The translations under genes and the position numbers were made by a program. Of a DNA stretch of 64,000 bases, positions 57,987 to 64,000 are shown in pieces (position 1 is the first letter of the stretch; the number at the start of each line of letters is the position of its first letter). Origin of the DNA: Candidatus Peribacter sp. (GTDB taxonomy: Bacteria > Patescibacteriota > Gracilibacteria > Peribacterales > Peribacteraceae); contig JABIBA010000013.1 in the NCBI GenBank assembly GCA_018652955.1, positions 55,880 to 119,879 of the forward strand, written 5' to 3'. The notes under the pieces are model-generated. The model made no database searches and was not told the origin of the DNA. It saw only the letters and a list, made by a program, of their open reading frames with translations.

Positions 57987-58892
57987 ATGAAGAATATGTC
58001 GCATATTCGGCAGCTTGAAGCGGAGAGCATCCATATTCTTCGTGAGGTCGTTGCGTCATTTGAAAACCCAGTAATGCTGTATTCGATTGGGAAAGATTCT
58101 TCCGTGCTTTTGCACCTTGCTCGTAAAGCGTTTCATCCTGGTAAGCCACCGTTCCCTCTATTGCACGTTGATACAACGTTTAAGTTTAAAGAGATGACTG
58201 CGTTTCGTGACTCGTACGTACGTGATGAGCTTGGACTTGATCTTATTGTGCATACAAATGCTGACGGAGTAGAGAAGCAGGTCACGCCGTTTTCTCATGG
58301 AAGTTCTGCTTACACCGACATAATGAAAACAGAAGGGTTACGACAGGCGATGAGCAAGCATGGTTTTGATGCTGCTATTGGTGGGGCGCGTAGAGACGAG
58401 GAAAAATCTCGCAGTAAAGAACGTGTATTTTCTTTTCGCAATGCAGATCAGAGATGGGATCCAAAATCCCAACGACCAGAATTATGGCACTTGTATAACA
58501 CGCGTGTGCGCACTGGAGAAAGTATGCGAGTATTCCCACTAAGTAACTGGACTGAAGTTGATGTATGGCTTTACATTCTCCTAGAGCAAATTCCGATTGT
58601 TCCACTCTACTTTGCTGCTAAGAGACCAGTGGTCGAGCGCGATGGGACACTCATCATGGTTGATGACGAACGGCTGCCGTTGCTTCCTGGAGAAACACCG
58701 AAAGAGAAAATGATTCGGTTCCGTACACTTGGTTGTTATCCGCTAACTGGAGCGAACGAGTCTACTGCGCAAACGGTATCAGAAATTATCGAAGAACTCT
58801 TAAGCTGCCCTAACTCCGAACGTTTCGATCGTCTTATCGATTTTGATCAACCCTCTTCTATGGAAGAAAAAAAGAAGGCAGGATACTTTTAG
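57987..58892 (+). CDS. cysD: Sulfate adenylyltransferase subunit 2
   Basis: [27 protein letters not shown], and [17 protein letters not shown], which is classical CysD/NodP. Confidence 0.93.
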   Translation: MKNMSHIRQLEAESIHILREVVASFENPVMLYSIGKDSSVLLHLARKAFHPGKPPFPLLHVDTTFKFKEMTAFRDSYVRDELGLDLIVHTNADGVEKQVTPFSHGSSAYTDIMKTEGLRQAMSKHGFDAAIGGARRDEEKSRSKERVFSFRNADQRWDPKSQRPELWHLYNTRVRTGESMRVFPLSNWTEVDVWLYILLEQIPIVPLYFAAKRPVVERDGTLIMVDDERLPLLPGETPKEKMIRFRTLGCYPLTGANESTAQTVSEIIEELLSCPNSERFDRLIDFDQPSSMEEKKKAGYF

Positions 58893-58894
58893 TT

Positions 58895-60715
58895 ATGACT
58901 AATCCGTATGTCATTAACGGCCCAATCCAAAAGTTCTTGCAGCGGCATGAGCGGTGCGATCTTGTGCGTGTGCTTACATGTGGAAGTGTCGATGATGGAA
59001 AAAGCACATTGATCGGAAGACTTCTTCTTGATGCGAGTGTTCTTCCGAAAGATACACTTGCAGCACTCGAAAAAGATTCGAAGCAATACGGCACACAAGA
59101 TGGTGCGTTGGACCCCGCTCTTTTAATAGATGGATTAAAGGCAGAGCGTGAGCAGAAGATTACGATTGATGTTGCACATCGGTTTTTCTCTTCTGAGGAA
59201 CGGACATTTATCGTTGCAGATACTCCAGGACATGAGCAGTACACACGCAATATGGTGACAGCAGCTTCGAATGCAGACATGGTGATTATCCTTCTAGATG
59301 CACGTAATGGAGTACTAGAGCAGTCTCGTCGGCATGCCTTTATTGCCTCATTGCTTGGCATAAAACACGCCATAGTTGCGGTAAATAAGATGGACCTCGT
59401 AGACTTTTCTGAGGACGTTTTTGAGGAGATCAAGAAAGACTTCTTGGTCTTTGCAGAGCGATTGCAGATTACCGATCTGCACTTTGTGCCGTTGTCTGCT
59501 CTTTCTGGAGATAATGTCATGGACCCAAGTACAAACATGCCATGGTACAAAGGGGGAACATTGATGCACCTGCTTAATACGATTCATGTCGTTTCCGATC
59601 GTAACCTCATCGACTTTCGATTTCCTGTGCAGTATGTGTCTCGTCCGTCACCTGACTATCGAGCATTCAGTGGCACAGTGGCCTCTGGGTCTGTGCGACC
59701 AGGTGATGAGGTACTTGTACTCCCTAGTCATAAAACAACGCGTGTACAGTCTATAGATACCTTTGATGGAGAACTCAGTAAGGCGTCCGCACTTTCTGCT
59801 GTCACACTTCGTCTCGAAGATAATATTGATATTAGTAGAGGAGATATGATTGTTCCGGTGCACAATGTTCCAGAACAAAGTCGCCAGTTTGATGCATTTT
59901 TGGTCTGGATGGACGAAGAGTCTTTGCAAGACGATAAAGAATACATCATTAAGCACACGACAAAGATGACGACTGCGCGTATCCGAACGGTGCGGTATGT
60001 CATGGATGTTAATACATTACGCAGAGGTGAAGCGGCACCACTTACAGCAAATGACATCGGACGTTGTGCTCTAACTATTGCAGAGCCTTTGCCCATTGAT
60101 AGTTACGAACGTAACCGCATTACAGGCTCTTTCGTTCTGATTGATCCTGTTTCCCATCAAACCAGCGCCGCTGGAATGATTGTAGATAGAAAAACTGAAG
60201 AAGGATTAGAAGGCGAAGAATCCTCTGCACGTCAGACATCAGATTTTCCTATCCTCTGGCTTACAGGAAATACAGGTTCTGGAAAATCTACCCTTGCGCA
60301 AGCAGCCGAAAGGCACGTCAATCGAAGTGCTCCTTCTTGGAATGCTGCAGCACGAAAACTTGTCGTGCTTGATGGTGACGAGTTGCGTGAAACTATCTCA
60401 CTTGATGAAGACCTTTCTGCAGAAGGGCGCAGAAAACATAACTTGCGCACAGCACGTCTTGCAAAGCTTTTGCAGCAAAAAGGATTCCTTGTTGTCGTAT
60501 CGGTTATTGCACCGTTTGAGTCTTTACGAAAAGAGATAGATGCCATCTGCAAACCTCAGTGGATTTATGTTGAGCGGTCTGGCATCACATCAGAAGACAG
60601 GCCATACGATGTGCCTAGCAACCCAGATTTTACTGTAAATACAGATACGCTAAACGAGCAAGAAGGCACACAGTCGTTTATTGACTATATGGTAGATGTG
60701 CTCGGAAACGATTAG
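58895..60715 (+). CDS. cysNC: Bifunctional sulfate adenylyltransferase subunit 1 (GTPase) / APS kinase
   Basis: GSVDDGKSTLIGRLL, DTPGHEQY and NKMD (CysN). The C-terminal P-loop is GNTGSGKSTLA, with LDGDELRE (APS kinase). NodQ-like fusion. Confidence 0.93.
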   Translation: MTNPYVINGPIQKFLQRHERCDLVRVLTCGSVDDGKSTLIGRLLLDASVLPKDTLAALEKDSKQYGTQDGALDPALLIDGLKAEREQKITIDVAHRFFSSEERTFIVADTPGHEQYTRNMVTAASNADMVIILLDARNGVLEQSRRHAFIASLLGIKHAIVAVNKMDLVDFSEDVFEEIKKDFLVFAERLQITDLHFVPLSALSGDNVMDPSTNMPWYKGGTLMHLLNTIHVVSDRNLIDFRFPVQYVSRPSPDYRAFSGTVASGSVRPGDEVLVLPSHKTTRVQSIDTFDGELSKASALSAVTLRLEDNIDISRGDMIVPVHNVPEQSRQFDAFLVWMDEESLQDDKEYIIKHTTKMTTARIRTVRYVMDVNTLRRGEAAPLTANDIGRCALTIAEPLPIDSYERNRITGSFVLIDPVSHQTSAAGMIVDRKTEEGLEGEESSARQTSDFPILWLTGNTGSGKSTLAQAAERHVNRSAPSWNAAARKLVVLDGDELRETISLDEDLSAEGRRKHNLRTARLAKLLQQKGFLVVVSVIAPFESLRKEIDAICKPQWIYVERSGITSEDRPYDVPSNPDFTVNTDTLNEQEGTQSFIDYMVDVLGND

Positions 60716-61680
60716 AAATAGGTCCCAGGACAGAGAGTCTCAAGCTGCAGGTTGTGCTCATTGTTTAGCAGTGTATTAGATTCTTTAAAGTAGGCATGGA
60801 GATCTTTTCGGAGTTGCTCGTCATGTACTTTTTTGTTTCCTAGTAGCGCAAAAGAGAGCTTCGATTGCAACATGTTGCGTACAAGAGAGACATCCAGTTT
60901 TCCAATACCAGGTACACGAATATTTGGAATAAGTGGGCTCTCGTTAAATGCAGAACGTACAAATCGATTTAAGAATCTTGCGGTTGCAATTTGCCTGCTG
61001 CCGTATCCTTTGTTTTGGTGACGGTCATCAAATTGCATATCTTCTGTGCCCATCCAATTCGTAATTTTTTGCACAAAAGCATGATTATCTTTTTTGAGTA
61101 ATTCAAACGGAAGAACTAATACATTCTCTTTACCAAAACATTCTGCGTAATAGCCTATTGCCGGTTTGTAATCTAGTTGATGAATACTGATACCGGATAA
61201 CCATCTCTTTGTTAGAGTTTCAAAAGATCCATCGTCGTAGCGAAGGAAATTGCGCAGGGGCTTTCTTCCGCCTAGGTGAACGTATTGTTTGTACAAAGAG
61301 ATCGCGAGATCATATTGATTACGTACAACGAATAACACTTTAGCCTTTGGAAATACTGTTGATAGGCGAGTGGCAATTACTTTTCCATTAACAAAATGAT
61401 CGAGAGATGCGTCACCACCAATAAATGCTTCGTGGGAGATGATGTTTTTCCCTGGGTGGCATGCTGCAGTTATTTCTTTTGACGTTTGTGCTTCACGGAA
61501 GTGGTATGCATCTGAATACATGATATCGCAGAATGCATCAGGGCAACTGTTGTAATTTACATAGTGCATGTCTTTGATATGTGGAAACACCTCTTTCTGT
61601 AGAAAGGTAGAACCTGTCTTTAGGTATCCCACATGAAGAAAGATTTCGTTGTTCATTGCTGTAGTATTGCTGTGGGTCAT
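60712..61680 (-). CDS. PAPS-dependent sulfotransferase-like protein
   Basis: The N-terminus HVGYLKTGSTFLQ resembles the 5'-phosphosulfate-binding loop. VVRNQYDLAISLYKQY resembles the 3'-phosphate-binding motif. Convergent with cysNC, with overlapping stops. Confidence 0.7.
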   Translation of the reverse strand: MTHSNTTAMNNEIFLHVGYLKTGSTFLQKEVFPHIKDMHYVNYNSCPDAFCDIMYSDAYHFREAQTSKEITAACHPGKNIISHEAFIGGDASLDHFVNGKVIATRLSTVFPKAKVLFVVRNQYDLAISLYKQYVHLGGRKPLRNFLRYDDGSFETLTKRWLSGISIHQLDYKPAIGYYAECFGKENVLVLPFELLKKDNHAFVQKITNWMGTEDMQFDDRHQNKGYGSRQIATARFLNRFVRSAFNESPLIPNIRVPGIGKLDVSLVRNMLQSKLSFALLGNKKVHDEQLRKDLHAYFKESNTLLNNEHNLQLETLCPGTYF

Positions 61681-63152
61681 AGCTCTGTAAATAGCGGTGT
61701 CAGTGTCTTGTGTATAATTTTGCCAGTGTCTATCAGGTACGTATTTTGGAGATCTCTCTGTTTATCGGTAGCAGGCTTCATGATGTATGGAGTACTTGCA
61801 TCTTGCATCGCTTTGAGAAATAGACGTAAATCATGCAGAGAAGGAGTTTCTTCGTCTTGAAAAATACTTTGTACTGCATTTCGGCAGTCATCATTAGTAT
61901 GAATTCTATAGATACCTGGTGCGTATTGATAAAACCGGTGCCCAAACATCAGTACAGGCTTTTCTCGAAATATTGCTTCTATACCTACAGTTCCAGTCAC
62001 TGTTGCTACTGCTTTTGCATTTCGCATCAACTGAAAAGTATCTGTATTACGAGGCATGAATTTCACTGAAGGTATTTGTAATAGCGTGCGATAAAACTCT
62101 TCGCTTCTGCATAATTCCCCTTGGGCAGGGTGCTCTTTAATGTAAATATTTACGCCAGGAGGTATGTGCGCAGCAAGCATCTGCATAATTAATTCTTGGT
62201 TTTGAAATGCTCCACCCCTAGGTGAAACAGACTCCTCCGGTTGCATATGCAGCGGAGCATAAATATATGGTGAAGAAAAATCTGGTTTTTCGACGTGGTC
62301 ATCATAAAATTGTGTCATTCGATGCTCTTTAAGTTTCCGAGACCAAACATTTGCAGAGCATAGTGAGGAGAAAAATTGCTTTGGTTTGTGGCGCAATGTC
62401 GATAACCCTTTTCGGTACCACTTTGTAAGAAAATGTTTTTTAGTGAGATGCTTTTCTCTTAGGGGAGTGCTTTGTGCAGCAATATCTTTTGTAGTTTGTA
62501 CTTTATAAAAATCTTCGTACGACTGAGATAGAGGAATAGGAAGTGATGGGTCACTATATTCTTGTTGCAACTTCTTGAATGCAGGGAGTAGTTGCTCACC
62601 AGATATTTCAAAATCTTGTAGCAGGGAAATCCCATCTACTACTAGATAGTGCTCCAAAAAATATGTTGGAATGCCTTTGAGTTTGCAGAGCATGTAGATC
62701 ACATAATCGTAGCATTGGTGTGGTGCATGAAATAACAGCAATAGATTAATATCTTCATTCTCGAGTGTGTGATTCCAATAGCGTAGGTGGTCTAAGTATT
62801 GTTGCCTTCGCTCTCGATACGGTATTTCACCGTGCAATGCGTAACGTTCTATCATAGAGAGAAACCCTATTTCGCAGTGACGCATTTTTTCTATAAGTTT
62901 TTCATCTAACGGTTTATACTTTGTCCAATCTATTTCTGGATAACGCCCAGCTCTCAAATCTTTTGCTGACATCCATTGTATATCTTGCGCATCAATATCG
63001 GGTGTGTACTCTTCTCCATTAGTGATGGAAATGCACTTCCCAATTTTACGATTGAGAAAAGCTTCTGTAACTATTTTCTTATGAAGTGGTCCGTCGAATG
63101 CCTTTAGAATAATATTCACCATTTCGATTCTATAAAAGAAATATGTACCCAT
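61677..63152 (-). CDS. Capsule_synth (KpsC/KpsS/LpsZ)-like glycosyltransferase, paralog B
   Basis: Collinear with paralog A over its full length: [64 protein letters not shown] overlap with the sulfotransferase. Confidence 0.6.
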   Translation of the reverse strand: MGTYFFYRIEMVNIILKAFDGPLHKKIVTEAFLNRKIGKCISITNGEEYTPDIDAQDIQWMSAKDLRAGRYPEIDWTKYKPLDEKLIEKMRHCEIGFLSMIERYALHGEIPYRERRQQYLDHLRYWNHTLENEDINLLLLFHAPHQCYDYVIYMLCKLKGIPTYFLEHYLVVDGISLLQDFEISGEQLLPAFKKLQQEYSDPSLPIPLSQSYEDFYKVQTTKDIAAQSTPLREKHLTKKHFLTKWYRKGLSTLRHKPKQFFSSLCSANVWSRKLKEHRMTQFYDDHVEKPDFSSPYIYAPLHMQPEESVSPRGGAFQNQELIMQMLAAHIPPGVNIYIKEHPAQGELCRSEEFYRTLLQIPSVKFMPRNTDTFQLMRNAKAVATVTGTVGIEAIFREKPVLMFGHRFYQYAPGIYRIHTNDDCRNAVQSIFQDEETPSLHDLRLFLKAMQDASTPYIMKPATDKQRDLQNTYLIDTGKIIHKTLTPLFTEL

Positions 63153-63202
63153 GATTTTTGCTCAAAATTGCCCCTCTTCCTACAATTTTGTTCTTTTAAT
63201 TC

Positions 63203-63925
63203 ATGGCAATGATTTATAATGCGATGTATCATTCATTTATGTTAAAAACTGTCAAAAACGCAGTATATAAAGGATTAAAGGCTAATAGCTCCGATTGCTC
63301 TCTCCATCCTTGTGTTAGTTATAACAACATTATCAAGACGCTATATTTACAGAGAATGCTTGCCCACGTGCAAGATATTCCTGGCGATGTAGTGGAGTGC
63401 GGTGTAGGAAAAGGTGAGAGCTTATTGATATTCACTTCCCTGCTTCAGGCAACTGGAAGTAAAAAGCATGTTTGGGGATTTGATTCCTTTGAAGGATTTC
63501 CAGAGCCTTCAAAGGAAGATGACAGTATCCGCAATCCTAAAAAAGGTGAATGGAGTGATACCAGTTTGACTGGCGTATTAGGCATGTTGCGTGAGGCAGG
63601 GTTTAGCCCATTAGATCTTCGGAAGAACGTTACTCTTGTACAAGGTTTTTTTAACGAAAGCTTATCGAAGTACAGAGGCGATACTATTGCACTTCTTCAT
63701 GTTGATGTTGATTTATATCAATCATATATAGATGTCTTAAGCGCTCTCTATCCTAAAGTGATTAAGGGGGGAGTTGTTATGTTTGATGAATACATGAGCA
63801 CTGGCGATCAGTTACGTTTTCCTGGAGCTCAAAAAGCGATAGATGAGTATTTTGGAGATAGGGTTTCTTGGATACAGAGAGATGAAGGTATGGGAAAATA
63901 CTATCTCATAAAGCAAGAAGATTAA
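63203..63925 (+). CDS. TylF/MycF-family O-methyltransferase
   Basis: GDVVECGVGKGESL, GFDSFEGFPEP and LHVDVDLYQSY...GGVVMFDEY form the macrocin-O-methyltransferase-like motif set. Confidence 0.75.
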   Translation: MAMIYNAMYHSFMLKTVKNAVYKGLKANSSDCSLHPCVSYNNIIKTLYLQRMLAHVQDIPGDVVECGVGKGESLLIFTSLLQATGSKKHVWGFDSFEGFPEPSKEDDSIRNPKKGEWSDTSLTGVLGMLREAGFSPLDLRKNVTLVQGFFNESLSKYRGDTIALLHVDVDLYQSYIDVLSALYPKVIKGGVVMFDEYMSTGDQLRFPGAQKAIDEYFGDRVSWIQRDEGMGKYYLIKQED

Positions 63926-64000
63926 ATTAAGAATCTATTTTCAACTCTACTTCTTGTACAGCGATAGAGAGAGGGGAATTCTTAAGAAATTGCTTTATCA

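Overview
This 64-kb window looks like chromosome from a small-genome, CPR-like bacterium. The lineage cannot be verified here. Supporting signs are a short 16S (about 1.47 kb) with altered conserved positions, tightly packed and often overlapping genes, mid-40s % GC by eye, and almost no Shine-Dalgarno sites.

Positions 1-30 kb are mostly housekeeping:
- a giant secreted Cys-rich protein with a coupled secreted partner
- a tandem-OB SSB
- murB, gltX, a cyclophilin, murG, ftsW and a GT2
- a sigma-70 with an extra N-terminal HTH
- tsaB, secA, holB, a TPR protein and a 2Fe-2S ferredoxin
- sufC, sufB and sufD, separated by unrelated small genes
- an unlinked 16S rRNA gene

Positions 30-64 kb form one continuous surface-glycan locus of more than 33 kb. 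It contains:
- two polyprenyl-phosphate-type GT2 enzymes, GtrA and a GT-C-like membrane protein
- two GDP-mannose dehydratase paralogs, a perosamine-synthase-like aminotransferase and a sugar C-methyltransferase
- two separate NeuB-type ulosonic-acid modules, each pairing an aldose-ketose isomerase with a PEP-condensing synthase and a cytidylyltransferase
- at least seven methyltransferases, a PhyH-like dioxygenase and an MsbA-like ABC exporter
- a mirrored pair of KpsC/KpsS-like paralogs bracketing cysD-cysNC (PAPS synthesis) and a sulfotransferase

The strongest candidate for an undescribed system is this sulfated, methylated ulosonic-acid glycan machinery. A second notable point is the 16S anti-SD core, which reads CUUCC instead of CCUCC. 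No CRISPR array, tRNA, transposase or integrase was seen.
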